In this document: positions 9,814 through 20,457 of the stretch, in pieces
Layout: each line of letters begins with the position of its first letter
How positions within the stretch are numbered: the first letter of the stretch is position 1
NCBI GenBank assembly: GCA_963833985.1
Contig: CAWIAD010000001.1
Span: 1,440,001 to 1,504,000 of the forward strand
DNA from: an uncultured Planctomycetaceae bacterium
GTDB taxonomy: Bacteria; Planctomycetota; Planctomycetia; Isosphaerales; Isosphaeraceae
Reading direction: 5' to 3'
DNA length: 64,000 nt
The notes under the pieces: model-generated
Database searches by the model: none
Seen by the model: only the letters and a program-made list of their open reading frames with translations
What the model was told of the DNA's origin: nothing
Position numbers and translations under genes: made by a program

Positions 9814-10458
9814 ATGCGGATCATCGCGGGTCAGCGACGGGGACACAAGATTGATGGACCGCGAGCAAGCCTCGAGATGCGGCCGACGAGCGACCTGGTC
9901 CGCGAGTCTCTCTTCAACATGGTTGGCGGCCTGATGCCGGGCCTGCTGGTGGTCGACCTGTTCGCGGGCACCGGCGCCGTGGGGCTGGAGGCCCTCAGCC
10001 GCGGCGCGGCGCGGGCCATCTTCATTGACCGGAACCGCGAAGCCGCGAGCCTGATCCACCGTAACATCGGCATCCTTCGTTATCAGGATCGGGCGCAGGT
10101 GCGGCTGGCCGATGCCTACCGCTGGGCGAGGAGCTTCAGGCCGCCTGATCCCGGGCCGATGGCCGTCTTTCTCGATCCGCCCTACCGCGAGTTCGAGATC
10201 CGCCGACGCCCTCTTGGCCAGTTGATCCGGACACTCACCGAGCAGCTTCCCGCGAGTTCGCTCATCGCGCTGGAGGCGGGCCGCATCCTGGACGAGGAGA
10301 TCTTGCCCGAGTTCGAGAGGTGGGATATCCGCCGCTACGGCGACACCCAGATTGCGATCCTCGTTCTCGCAGGGACACCGGCGATCGCGGCGAGTGAGCC
10401 GGCGTCCGGCGGCGATGCGGAGCCAGCGGCCGACCCGGAGGCGAAGCCCGATGTCTGA
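9814..10458 (+). CDS. rsmD: 16S rRNA m2G966 methyltransferase
   Basis: MRIIAG, RPTSDLVRESLFN, DLFAGTGAVGLEALSRGA, FLDPPY. Confidence 0.93.
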   Translation: MRIIAGQRRGHKIDGPRASLEMRPTSDLVRESLFNMVGGLMPGLLVVDLFAGTGAVGLEALSRGAARAIFIDRNREAASLIHRNIGILRYQDRAQVRLADAYRWARSFRPPDPGPMAVFLDPPYREFEIRRRPLGQLIRTLTEQLPASSLIALEAGRILDEEILPEFERWDIRRYGDTQIAILVLAGTPAIAASEPASGGDAEPAADPEAKPDV

Positions 10459-11899
10459 GATCAGGGCCAGCCGCGACTTTGCGCTGGAGGTCGTCCGGCG
10501 ATTGCGCTGGCCGGGTTCCAGGCGCTCTGGGCGGGAGGTTGCGTGCGCGACCTGCTGCTGGGGCTGTCGCCCGCCGATTACGATGTCGCCACCAGCGCCA
10601 CGCCTGAACAGGTGATGGAAGTCTTGCCGTACCGCTCCGTGACGGTGGGTATCTCGTTCGGAGTGGTGCGTCTCCGGCATCCGCGACATCCGGGAATGGA
10701 GGTGGAAGTCGCCACGTTCCGCAGCGACAATGCCTACATTGACGGCCGCCGGCCGGCCTCGGTGGTTTTCAGCTCTCCCGAAGGCGACGCAGCCCGGCGC
10801 GATTTCACCGTCAACGGCATGTTCATGGATCCCGAGACCGGCAGGGTGATCGACCATGTTGGGGGCCAGACCGACCTGCGGAATCGCATCCTGCGCACCA
10901 TTGGCAACCCCGAGGAGCGATTTCGCGAAGACAAGCTGCGGCTGCTGCGCACCGTGCGATTCGCCGCGCGATTCCACCTGACCGTTGATCCGGCCACGCG
11001 CGAGGCGCTCCGATCCATGGCGGGCGAAGTGGTTGTGGTCTCTCCCGAACGGATCGCCCAGGAGCTGCGGCGGATGCTCGTGCATGAGACCCGGGCGGAT
11101 GCCATGAACATGGCCCTGGATCTTGGCCTCCTTACGGCCATCATGCCCTCCGTCGCACGGATGCGCGGGCTCTACCAGGGGAAACCGGTGCAGCCGGAAG
11201 GAGACCTCTGGGACCACACCATCCTGGTGCTCCGCCTCCTTCCTCAGCGGCCAAGCTTCACTCTGGCATTCGCCGCCCTGGTGCACGACGTGGGCAAGCC
11301 GTCCACTCGATCGAATCATCACGGTCGGACGTGCTTCCATGGACACGACCTGGAAGGCAGCCGGATCGCCGAGCGGCTGTGCAGGAGCCTCCGGCTTTCC
11401 AATCTCGAGCGCGAGCGGATCACCTGGCTGGTCGCGTACCATCAATATCTGGGAGAGGCGAAGAAACTACGTGAGGCGAAGCTCAAGAGGATCCTCGCCG
11501 AGCCCGGAATCGACGAGTTGCTGGCCTTGCACCGGGCCGATGCTCTGGCCTCCACGGGCGATACGGAGCACATCGATTATTGCCTCTATTATCTTCAGAA
11601 TCAGCCGGCGGGGCCGATCAACCCTCCGGCCCTGCTGAGCGGTCACGACCTTGTCCGCCATGGCCTGGCGCCTGGTGCCCGGTTCGCCGAGATCCTCGAG
11701 ACCATCCGGGAAGCACAGCTCGAAGAGGAAACTTCAGAGCAAGCGCGAAGCGCTGGAATGGGTCGATCACTTCACCGCAACGGGTACCTGGCCGGAGCTT
11801 GCCAGCGAAAGTACCGAGATCGACCAGGAAGATCGGCGGCGGCAGGCCATCGACTCGACCGGCGATCTGTCATTCCCCGCGGACAGCGCAAGCGGTTGA
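10451..11899 (+). CDS. cca: CCA tRNA nucleotidyltransferase with HD domain (two apparent frameshifts, ~10508 and ~11727)
   Basis: AGGCVRD, DYDVAT, EVATFR, RRDFTVN, EDKLRLLR, HDVGK. The N-terminus (MSEIRASRDFALEVV) and C-terminus (LQSKREALEWV) lie in other frames. Confidence 0.88.
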
Positions 11900-11989
11900 T
11901 GCCGGGGTGACGCCCGCCTACAATTCCACTCCAAGTGCGTCCCCGCGGCCCTTGCCTCAAGAAACCACGAGCGAGTTGCTCCACACGAA

Positions 11990-12721
11990 ATGGGAACTGA
12001 TCACCAGACCGCAGTGGCCGTGCTCATCAGCGGCGGGCTCGATAGTGCGGTCCTTGCCGTGGACCTGCTGGGCAATCACGACCGCGTGTTCCCGCTGTAT
12101 ATCCGCGGCGGTCTGCAATGGGAGGAGATCGAGCTGGCAGCAGCCCGCGCCTTCCTCGCTGCCGTGCCGGCGCCGGGGCTTGAGCCGCTGACCATCCTTG
12201 AAGAACCTCTTGCGGACGTCTACGGCCCGCACTGGAGCACGGGGGCCGCTTCAGTTCCGGATGCCGACACGCCCGACGACGCGGTCTACTTGCCGGGTCG
12301 CAACCTGCTCCTCACCGTCAAGGCGGCGGTCTGGTGCCGGCTTCGCGGGGTCGGCGAGCTCGCGCTCGGCTGCCTGGGATCGAACCCTTTTCCGGACAGC
12401 ACTCCCGCATTCTTTCGCGATCTGGAATCGGTGCTCAGCCAGGCGATGCGCGGCGCACCCCGGCTGACACGGCCCTTCGATCGACTGCACAAGCGCGATG
12501 TCGTGCTCAGGGGGAGGCACCTTCCCCTGCACCTGACCTTCTCCTGCATCAATCCGAAGGGCCTCATGCACTGCGGCACCTGCAACAAGTGTGCTGAGCG
12601 GCAGCAAGGTTTCCGGGATGCGGGCGTGCCCGACCCGACGCGTTACGCCGGCCTGGTGGAGGCCGCAAAGCCAGTCCTGAGCGGCCTTGCCTCCCTTTCC
12701 CGATCTCAAGGAATCGCTTGA
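11990..12721 (+). CDS. queC: 7-cyano-7-deazaguanine synthase
   Basis: SGGLDS PP-loop, YLPGRN, TFSC...HCGTCNKC zinc site. Confidence 0.92.
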   Translation: MGTDHQTAVAVLISGGLDSAVLAVDLLGNHDRVFPLYIRGGLQWEEIELAAARAFLAAVPAPGLEPLTILEEPLADVYGPHWSTGAASVPDADTPDDAVYLPGRNLLLTVKAAVWCRLRGVGELALGCLGSNPFPDSTPAFFRDLESVLSQAMRGAPRLTRPFDRLHKRDVVLRGRHLPLHLTFSCINPKGLMHCGTCNKCAERQQGFRDAGVPDPTRYAGLVEAAKPVLSGLASLSRSQGIA

Positions 12722-12723
12722 CG

Positions 12724-13128
12724 ATGTATCGAGTGACGCGAGAGATCAGCTTTTGCTACGGGCATCGCCTGCTGAACTACGACGGCAAGTGCCGCCACCT
12801 GCACGGCCACAACGGCCGGGCCCTGATCACCTTGCAGGGCAAGCAGCTTGACCGGCAGGGCATGCTCGTGGACTTTCAGGACATCAAGCTACGGGTCCAG
12901 CACTGGATCGACGAGCAACTCGATCACAACATGCTGCTCTGCCGTGACGATCCGCTGCTGCCGCTGTTGCGCGAGCGCGGCGAACGCGTCTTCGTGATGG
13001 ACTCGAACCCGACCGCTGAGAACATTGCGCGGCTGATCTTCGAGAAAGCGCGCGAGGCAGGGTTGCCGGTCATCGAGGTCGTTCTCTGGGAAACCGAGAA
13101 CTGCTTTGCCACGTACGCCGCGGAATGA
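12724..13128 (+). CDS. queD: 6-carboxy-5,6,7,8-tetrahydropterin synthase
   Basis: HRL...CRHLHGHN, LDH, NPTAENIA, LWETE. Confidence 0.93.
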   Translation: MYRVTREISFCYGHRLLNYDGKCRHLHGHNGRALITLQGKQLDRQGMLVDFQDIKLRVQHWIDEQLDHNMLLCRDDPLLPLLRERGERVFVMDSNPTAENIARLIFEKAREAGLPVIEVVLWETENCFATYAAE

Positions 13129-13231
13129 CGCTTGTCGTCAACCCGATACGCCCCTGCCGCGAGAACGTGGGGCCCTTGCCCGCCCCGTAGCGATGAACGG
13201 CTTCGACCCGGCTGCCGCGCAGCCGCTCAAT

Positions 13232-14044
13232 TCAATGGGCGTGGCCGTGGCCGTCGTCGACCGGCTTCTCCGGCAGGGCCAGCGATGCCGGCTTGTAGGG
13301 GTAACGGACCTCGTCGACCCACCAGTCGTAGCCCTTTCCGCCCTCGGTCGATCCCTTGAGCACCGCGAGAGCGTAGTTGCCCGGGTCCGGCCCTTCGGCG
13401 GGAGCCGGCGCGTGGACCTCGAAGAGTGCCAGGGCCACGAGGTTCATTCCCTCGGTCCCCTCGCGCTCCAGCCCGATGAAGTGGAGCTCGCTCTCCTTGG
13501 AGGCATCAAGCCGCTTCTTCAGGCTGCGGACGGGACCCGTCCTCATCTCGTAGACCATCGCTTCCTTCTTCTTCGTGGATTGCATCTTCTCAATCACTTC
13601 CGCGGGAGAGACGTTCTTGCGCTGGACGGGAGGGATCTCCAGCCACAGGATATCCGCCAGCGACCTGTTCTTGACGACATCCGCGTAATATCTGGCGAAG
13701 CTCGCGGCGCTGCGGGAGTGGATCATCCCCCGAACGTACGTGACGGTGAAGATGCCCAGCCCGAAGACGAGGCCGAGCGCCACGCCGGCCTGGGCGAGGC
13801 TACGGCCCGTGAGAATGTCGGAGTAGTGCTGGATGCTTCGGTCGGCCCAGAGTCCGAGCACCACAGCGAGGATCGCGCAGAGGTAAAAATAAGGACTGGC
13901 AATGCTGAAGAGACCGAGCACCCCGAAAACCAGGCTGAAGACCGCAAGAGAACTGACGGCCCGATAGCTCGGCAACTCGTTCTCGATCACGGAGTTCTGG
14001 GTCGTTTCCGGAAGCAGGTCGCTTGACTTCTGATCGGTCGCCAC
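13232..14044 (-). CDS. DUF4190-like membrane protein with a C-terminal soluble domain
   Basis: SSLAVFSLVFGVL...LGLWA...I...LTGRSLAQAG; GGGAGG RBS before GTG 14044. Confidence 0.7.
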   Translation of the reverse strand: MATDQKSSDLLPETTQNSVIENELPSYRAVSSLAVFSLVFGVLGLFSIASPYFYLCAILAVVLGLWADRSIQHYSDILTGRSLAQAGVALGLVFGLGIFTVTYVRGMIHSRSAASFARYYADVVKNRSLADILWLEIPPVQRKNVSPAEVIEKMQSTKKKEAMVYEMRTGPVRSLKKRLDASKESELHFIGLEREGTEGMNLVALALFEVHAPAPAEGPDPGNYALAVLKGSTEGGKGYDWWVDEVRYPYKPASLALPEKPVDDGHGHAH

Positions 14045-14176
14045 GAGTCGAATCCTCCCGGGGCCCTGGCAGTTCGGGGTGAAATCAGTATCAAGGGGTG
14101 TGCACGCAGCACTCCGGTTCCAGGGTGCGCCCGCATAGCTACTAACGCTAATCGGTGAGGTTTGAGCCGTCAAGGA

Positions 14177-14701
14177 TCAGCGAAGAACCAGCGCCGAGAG
14201 CCGGGCCGGCGGCGCGAGGAACCAGGACCCGGCCGCCAGTGCCACCCAGGAGAATCCGAGCGCCCATCCCATGACGTTTGTCCAGGACCAGTCCCGGCTC
14301 GCCAGGCCGCATCTCCAGCCGGCGAGCAAGACGGCCAGGACCGCCAGGCCCATTGTCCGGTCGCCCAGGGGGGTTGCCCAGTTGATTCCACGGGCAGGGC
14401 CCTGGAGCACGGCCGAAAGATCAAAGAGCCAGATGAGCAGTCCCCCCGTGAGCCAGGTGAGCTCTCCCAGGCTGCCGCTCTTGCCGCCTGATCGAGCCAG
14501 CACCAGGGGCCCGGCCATGCCCAGGCAACCCACCAGCGTCGAAAGGCTGGACAGAAGAGCCAGAGGCGGCCATGTGAGCCGCCCTTTCTGAAAGAGCACC
14601 AGCAGGCCCCAGCCCAGTGCCGCGATGAGCAAGACCGCGTTGGTCAAGGCGTGGTCAGGGGTGCCGGCCGCACCGGCGCTGCTGGATCGATTGGTACCCA
14701 T
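14177..14701 (-). CDS. Hypothetical multi-pass membrane protein
   Basis: About 5 hydrophobic segments in the C-terminal part of ORF 14177..14923. Confidence 0.7.
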   Translation of the reverse strand: MGTNRSSSAGAAGTPDHALTNAVLLIAALGWGLLVLFQKGRLTWPPLALLSSLSTLVGCLGMAGPLVLARSGGKSGSLGELTWLTGGLLIWLFDLSAVLQGPARGINWATPLGDRTMGLAVLAVLLAGWRCGLASRDWSWTNVMGWALGFSWVALAAGSWFLAPPARLSALVLR

Positions 14702-14877
14702 GGATTCGTGCCGACCGTGCCAGAGTGGGAAGGAAGAACGGTGCCGGGACCGTGGCGACTTCTGGATGGCACGCGCGCGGTCCCGGCATCTTCTTCGGCT
14801 GGCGGCACGGCCCTGCTTGAGAGTCAGCGGCTGCCGGAGCGTGGCGGGGTCCAGGTGGGGACGTGGCCGGCCGACTC

Positions 14878-16380
14878 TCAGTGCACGAGGCTGGTCAGAC
14901 GCGCCGGCGAAGGGGTTGCGCACGCATCGGCGAGTGCTTCGGTGAACGCGGCCTCGGAAACCAGGGGGGTCTCGGCGGTCGTGTCGAGCTCCACGTCGGC
15001 GATGACAGGGTCGATGACCACCAGCTCACCCTCGTGTAGGCCAGCGCTGATCTCCAGCAGGTCGCGTGTCCCCTCACCGAGCTGGACCTCCCGGCGCTCC
15101 AGGCCCGCGGCATGTGCGACGTAACAGACCTCGTGCCCCTCGAACTCGGTCACCGACTGGGCAGGCACCGTGAGCACATCGTCGCGGCGATTCAGCGAGA
15201 TTTCCACCTGGGCGGTCATGCCCGGCAAGATCCCCCTGGGCGGATTGTCCAGCTTGACCTTGCCGTCAAAGTAGCGGACATCGGAGCGCCAGTTATAGGT
15301 CGGAAGTGTCGCGATGTCGCTCACGTGCCCCTCGAGCCGGCGCTCGGGCATTCCCTCCACCACGACACGGGCGCGCATGCCTTTGGCGATGTCCGGCAAG
15401 ATCGATTCGTGCAGGTTGGTCACGACCTCCATATCCGACAGGTCCGGCAAGTACATCAGGTCTTGCTTCTGGCGCACGTACATGCCTTCCTCGATGCGGA
15501 TCTCGCGGCGCTGATCGTTGGCGTAGATCACGAAGCCATCGTGTGGTGCCCGGATCGTGCACCGCTGGACCTGCTTTTCCAGCTTGGCCAGGCGCTCCAG
15601 GTTGCGGCTTAACCTGCTGGTCTGGTAGCGCAAGGTTGCCTCGGCAGCCAGGGTGGCGTTCCCGAGTGTGCGCAAGGAATGCGGTGCAATCCATTTGCGG
15701 AAGAGGCCGAAAGCGGCGCGCTCCTCCTCGAGGTTGAACTGGGCCTGCGCGTAGTTGAACTCTTCATTACGTACCTGGCCGGTCGCTATGTAACCCTTCA
15801 CCTTCATGCGCCGCGCCGATTCCAGCCGGTCGCGGATGCGCGTCAGGTCCGATTCGGCAAGCGCCACGCTGCGCTCGAAGTCCTTGGTCGCCTCGGTCAT
15901 GGAGCCGTCGCGATATTCGATGACGGCGAGCTTGGTGATTTCGTAATCGAGCGTGGCCTGGCGATGATCGGCGCGCGACCGCTCCACCGTCATCTGCTGT
16001 TGCCTCAGCAGTTCCTCGTATTCGGACGAATCCAGCACGGCAAGCACATCGCCACGATGGACCAGCGAACCCTCCGGGACGATGCTCAGGAGCACCGAGG
16101 CGCCGCCGGCCCAGAGCCGCTGGCCCAGCACGCCAATGGTCATCGCCTCGATCTCGCATTCGATCACGGTCCGCTTCGAACTCTCGACCCGGCCGCTCGC
16201 CGTGAGCGAAGGATGCAGATCGATACGGCGAACGCTGGCCAGGGCGTACCTTTCGGACGGAGGCCGCACCGAGCGATGGGCGGTGGTTCCGTAGGCCAGG
16301 GCCACCGTGGCTCCCGCGGCAACGATGACGGCCAGGAAAGGCACCCATCGAGACAGCCACAAATTCCTTTGCGGGCTCAT
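14878..16380 (-). CDS. Efflux RND/HlyD-type periplasmic adaptor subunit
   Basis: N-terminal TM, VPEGSLVHRGDVLAVLD, long coiled coil, IRAPHDGFV, ILPGMTAQV. Confidence 0.9.
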   Translation of the reverse strand: MSPQRNLWLSRWVPFLAVIVAAGATVALAYGTTAHRSVRPPSERYALASVRRIDLHPSLTASGRVESSKRTVIECEIEAMTIGVLGQRLWAGGASVLLSIVPEGSLVHRGDVLAVLDSSEYEELLRQQQMTVERSRADHRQATLDYEITKLAVIEYRDGSMTEATKDFERSVALAESDLTRIRDRLESARRMKVKGYIATGQVRNEEFNYAQAQFNLEEERAAFGLFRKWIAPHSLRTLGNATLAAEATLRYQTSRLSRNLERLAKLEKQVQRCTIRAPHDGFVIYANDQRREIRIEEGMYVRQKQDLMYLPDLSDMEVVTNLHESILPDIAKGMRARVVVEGMPERRLEGHVSDIATLPTYNWRSDVRYFDGKVKLDNPPRGILPGMTAQVEISLNRRDDVLTVPAQSVTEFEGHEVCYVAHAAGLERREVQLGEGTRDLLEISAGLHEGELVVIDPVIADVELDTTAETPLVSEAAFTEALADACATPSPARLTSLVH

Positions 16381-17325
16381 CGAAAGGACTCCTCGGTTGC
16401 TTCAGGCTACGAGCCAGTTCTCCGGCCCGGATTGCCCGTGATCCTCGGCAAGTCGCACAGCGACCACGCGGCGAACCTTCATGTCGGCTCACGCAGGCCC
16501 GGTAGGCTGCCTTACGTGAACCCGGTCAGGCGGGATCATGCCGATGAATACGATGGCGGCCGCAAGGCCGGAACTCCATCGTCTCGTTCCCCCGGCATGA
16601 TAGTAGACTGCTCACGCGGATTTCTTGACCTCTGGAAAAAGATCTATCCAAGTATACGGCAGTTCTCCAGGAACAATCCAGAATACAGAGATTGTAAAAC
16701 AAAAATCCCACATTGCCAACCCCTATGTCGCGCCGTTTCGTTGCAGCAGTGTTGCAACCCCTACCGCGGCGACCGATCACGCCCCGCGGGCCGAGCCCCA
16801 TCTCGGGCCAGCCGGGGGGCGGCGGTCGCTTCCCGGCTCCCGCAGTCGAATAATGCTTTCATACTATAAATAAATGTAAATTCTTCGATTATGAATTCAG
16901 GCGACCCGAGGTCGCGGCGGTGCGGCGCGCTGGAGAACCAGGACCCCGATGTACGGCTCGGGGAAAAAACTCTGCCAATCCTCCGCGGCTGCTGGTGGCC
17001 AGCGCGCTGGCTGCCGGTTGCGCGGGACGAATGTCGTCTTCGCGCCCAGGCTGCCGGGTCGTTCCAGAACCTTCCCGCTCAGCGGGTCCTGCGCGGCGCA
17101 TCGGTGCGATGGTCCACGCCTGTTTCGCAGGTTGGGGACTGGTGTTTCCGTCGCCGGCCGGTGTAGGCTGAATGGGGAGTGATCCATGAGACTGCGGCGC
17201 CCGGCGCCCTGGCACCTCGGACCCGGAATCGTTCGGATTGACGGATCTGGAAAGAGGCTCTAGGATTCGACATTCCGTCCCTGGCCCGAGCAAGGCGTCG
17301 CCGAGGATCAGAAGGGTGGCGAGAA

Positions 17326-17712
17326 ATGGCCGGTGGTCTGAAGCACGACGAGCTCGAGTTCTTTCGCCTGGCTCTTGCGACCCTGCGGGCCAGGCTCCGC
17401 GGCGACCTGGACCAGATGACCGATGAGGCGCTCCGCCGCAACCTGGTCAACGGTTCCGGCAACCTGTCCAACGTGCCCCTGCACATGGCCGATATCGGCA
17501 CGGAGAATTACGACCAGGAGTTCACGCTGGGGTTGATCGAGAACGAGCAGGGAACCCTGGAGCAGGTCAACGAGGCGCTCGGGCGTCTGGAAGTGGGAAA
17601 GTTTGGACTGTGCGTGGAGTGTGGGGAAGCCATCGCGCGTCCCCGGCTGCAAGCCATTCCTTACACGCGGCATTGCATCGCTTGTGCCCGGGTGGTGGAG
17701 AACGGCGGATGA
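17326..17712 (+). CDS. TraR/DksA C4-type zinc-finger protein
   Basis: HMADIG coiled-coil tip, CVEC...RLQAIPYTRHCIAC. Confidence 0.92.
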   Translation: MAGGLKHDELEFFRLALATLRARLRGDLDQMTDEALRRNLVNGSGNLSNVPLHMADIGTENYDQEFTLGLIENEQGTLEQVNEALGRLEVGKFGLCVECGEAIARPRLQAIPYTRHCIACARVVENGG

Positions 17713-18287
17713 TGCATCGTGTGGGACTGAGCCGATGGCTGCTGTTCTGGGCCATCGCCCTGGGTGGCGCAGCGTTTGATCTTGGCACCAAGTCGCTCAT
17801 CTTCGCCAGAATTGGCGAGCCGTCCTCGGCTGCTCCGGTCTCCGTGGTCCGAGGCATTCTGGAGCTGCAATCCAGTTACAACCCCGGAGCCCTCTGGGGG
17901 TTTGGCCGTTCCCTTCCCTACAGCAGCCAGATCTTCGCCGGCCTGTCCATCGTCGCCGGCATCGCCATCTGCTACTGGCTTTTCGTCCGCGGCGCCGCGG
18001 CCAGCCTGGCACTGACCATCGCCCTGGGGCTGATCATGGCCGGAGCGATGGGGAACTGCTACGACCGCCTCGTCTACGGCCACGTTCGAGACTTCGTCCA
18101 CTTCCATGTGGATTCCGTCGGCTTCGACTGTGCCATCTTCAACTTCGCCGACAACATGCTCGTCCTGGGCGCCATCTTCCTGGTGCTCTTCGCACTTCGG
18201 CCCGAGGCTCCGGCCGTCACGGAGCAAGCCGGCCCTGCCTCCGCGCCGCTCGGCGTCGATTCCGTCGAGTCCATACGCCCGGCGTGA
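17709..18287 (+). CDS. lspA: Lipoprotein signal peptidase II
   Basis: DLGTK, NPGALWG, GAMGNCYDR, VRDF, FNFAD. Confidence 0.93.
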   Translation: MMHRVGLSRWLLFWAIALGGAAFDLGTKSLIFARIGEPSSAAPVSVVRGILELQSSYNPGALWGFGRSLPYSSQIFAGLSIVAGIAICYWLFVRGAAASLALTIALGLIMAGAMGNCYDRLVYGHVRDFVHFHVDSVGFDCAIFNFADNMLVLGAIFLVLFALRPEAPAVTEQAGPASAPLGVDSVESIRPA

Positions 18288-18382
18288 TTCCACCCGGGCA
18301 GACGCCCCGCCCCCAGGCACTTCGTTACACCAGAACCAGGACGGTTCTCTGACGGGTTGCAGGGATTTTCTGAGTTTGGAAA

Positions 18383-18448
18383 GTGGGGGACCGACATTCC
18401 TGTCTGCCAGGGCAGACATGCTCCGGCAGGCAGGAATGCCTGCCCCCC
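18383..18448. repeat. REP-like inverted pair (GTGGGG-ACCGACATTCCTGTCTGCC ... GGCAGGCAGGAATGCCTGCCCC)
   Basis: Two inverted internally palindromic units between the convergent lspA and glnA genes. Confidence 0.7.
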
Positions 18449-18480
18449 GGTGTCAGTCTGCGATCCGAGTGAAAACCGCT

Positions 18481-19893
18481 CTAGACGTCATAGTAAAGTG
18501 AGAACTCGTAGGGGTGCGGGCGGACCCGCAGGGCCTCGATCTCGTAGGTCTGCTTGTACCAGATCCAGGTGTCGATCACGTCCGACGTGAAGACGTCGCC
18601 GCGCAGCAGGAAATCATGATCTGCGCTGAGGGCGTCCAGCGAGGCGTCGAGCGAATGCGGTGTGGTGGGTACCTTCTCCAGTTCCTCGGGCTCGAGGTCG
18701 TAGATGTCCTTGTCGAGCGGGTCGCCGGGGCGGATCTTGTTCTGGATGCCGTCGAGCATCGCCATGAGCATGGCCGAGAACAGCAGGTACGGGTTGGCCG
18801 CACCGTCGGGACAGCGGTACTCGATCCTGCGGCTGCGCGGGCTGGCGCTGCCGACGGGAATGCGGATGATGGCCGCTCGGTTGCGCCGGCTGTACGAGAT
18901 CTTGGTCGGGGCCTCGAAGCCCTCGACCAGCCGCTTGTAGCTGTTCGTGGTGGGGTTTGCGAACGCGCAGAGGGCATGCGCGTGCTTGAGCAGGCCGCCG
19001 ATGGCGTGCAATCCGTTGTCGCTCATGCCGCCGTAGCTATGGCCGGCCAGGAGCGGATCATCGCCCTTCCAGAGCGTCAGATGCGTATGCAGCCCCGAAC
19101 CGTTGTCGCCCCAGAGCGGCTTGGGCATGAATGTGGCCGTCTTGCCGCTGTTCCGCGCCACGTTGCGAATGATGTACCGCGCCATCATCACCTGATCGGC
19201 GCTTTCCACCAGGTCTTGCGGATTGAGGTCAATCTCGCACTGGCCGCCGGTGGCGACCTCGTGAAAATGGGCGCTGGTCTTGATGCCGCAATCGGCCATG
19301 CAGCGCGCCATCTCGGAGCGCAGATTCGCCAGGCTATCCGTGGGAGGGCAGGGGAAGTAGCCCAGCCCTGAGCCCGGCTTGTAGCCGAGGTTGGGACGCT
19401 CGACCCGTCCGCGGTTCCAGGCCCCCTCCGCGGAGTCGACATGATAGAAGGCCTCGTGCTCGCGCTGATCGAATCGGACGTCGTCGAAGACGAAGAATTC
19501 GAGCTCGGGCGCCAGCAAGCAACGCTCCGCCAGACCCGTGCTCCGCATGTAGCTGACGGCCTTGCGAGCGATGTTCCTGGGGTCCCTGGTATAGTCCTGA
19601 TGGGTGATCGGGTCATGGATATTGCAGATCATCGTCAGGGTGGGCAGGGCCGTGAACGGGTCCACCAGCGCGGTCTCCGGCTGCGGAACCACCAGCAGGT
19701 CCGCCTCGTTGATCGCACGCCAGCCCACCACGCTCGATCCGTCGAACGCGATGCCTTCCTCGAAGGTCTCCTCGGTCAGGGTGTCGGCCGGGATCGAGAA
19801 GTGTTGCCAGACCCCGGGAAAGTCCATGAACCGGAAGTCCACGGTGGAGACGTCGCGCTGGCGGATCTGGGCCAGTACTTCTTTGGGAGTCAC
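18481..19893 (-). CDS. glnA: Type I glutamine synthetase
   Basis: FDGSS, PELEFF, HEVATGGQCE, TFMPKP..GDNGSGLH, NSYKRL, NPYL, adenylylation-site DKDIYDL. AAGGAG RBS before GTG. Confidence 0.97.
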   Translation of the reverse strand: MTPKEVLAQIRQRDVSTVDFRFMDFPGVWQHFSIPADTLTEETFEEGIAFDGSSVVGWRAINEADLLVVPQPETALVDPFTALPTLTMICNIHDPITHQDYTRDPRNIARKAVSYMRSTGLAERCLLAPELEFFVFDDVRFDQREHEAFYHVDSAEGAWNRGRVERPNLGYKPGSGLGYFPCPPTDSLANLRSEMARCMADCGIKTSAHFHEVATGGQCEIDLNPQDLVESADQVMMARYIIRNVARNSGKTATFMPKPLWGDNGSGLHTHLTLWKGDDPLLAGHSYGGMSDNGLHAIGGLLKHAHALCAFANPTTNSYKRLVEGFEAPTKISYSRRNRAAIIRIPVGSASPRSRRIEYRCPDGAANPYLLFSAMLMAMLDGIQNKIRPGDPLDKDIYDLEPEELEKVPTTPHSLDASLDALSADHDFLLRGDVFTSDVIDTWIWYKQTYEIEALRVRPHPYEFSLYYDV

Positions 19894-20063
19894 GCGGGAT
19901 CGCTCCTTGGAATGGCCGTCGAAATGGAACTCGGGCAGGGCCGGATTTCCGCCGGACCGGGTAGCCATGGTGCGCTCAAGCGGCAGCCTCGCCTGATTCG
20001 CGAAGAAGTCCTGGCCGTTCCGTAAGCTTACTACGATTGCCGAATTCGGTCGAGGCGTTGAGA

Positions 20064-20457
20064 ATGGAAAGGCACAGAGACGAGGGCCGGTTCGTGGTGC
20101 TCGAGCACACCTGGAAGGGAACTCACTGGGACTTCATGCTCGAGAGCGGTCAGGCACTGCGGACCTGGGCGATCGATGCGCCGATCGTGCCGGGGATGGA
20201 GCTGCCGGCCCGGTCCCTGCCTGATCACCGGCTCATCTACCTGACGTACCAGGGGCCGATCTCACGCGGGCGCGGAACGGTCAAGCGCGTTGCCGAGGGC
20301 GTCTACCTGCGCGCTGCGGTGGAGCGAGCAGCGGGTTCTCGTGCGGCTCGCCGGCGCTCAGCTCGTGGGCGAGGTGGACCTGTACCGGTCGCCCGAGGGG
20401 ACCGTCTCGAACGACGGGTCTTCCATGTGGACGTTTCGCCTTGGGAAGGTGGATTGA
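20064..20457 (+). CDS. Stand-alone LigD 3'-phosphoesterase (PE)-like domain protein (apparent frameshift ~20306)
   Basis: RFVVLEH...HWDFMLE...LRTWA...DHRLIYLTYQG.I..GRG.V. Continues in another frame to a stop at 20457. Confidence 0.8.

Noticed and set aside
11990..13128. queC/queD as a Dpd DNA-modification or QatC-type defence system
   Set aside because: Canonical short QueC in a housekeeping operon; no dpdA, ATPase or TatD nearby.
16856..16883. dif-like 28-mer ending ATGTAAATT
   Set aside because: Lacks the conserved TTATG of the XerD arm and has no matching XerC arm.
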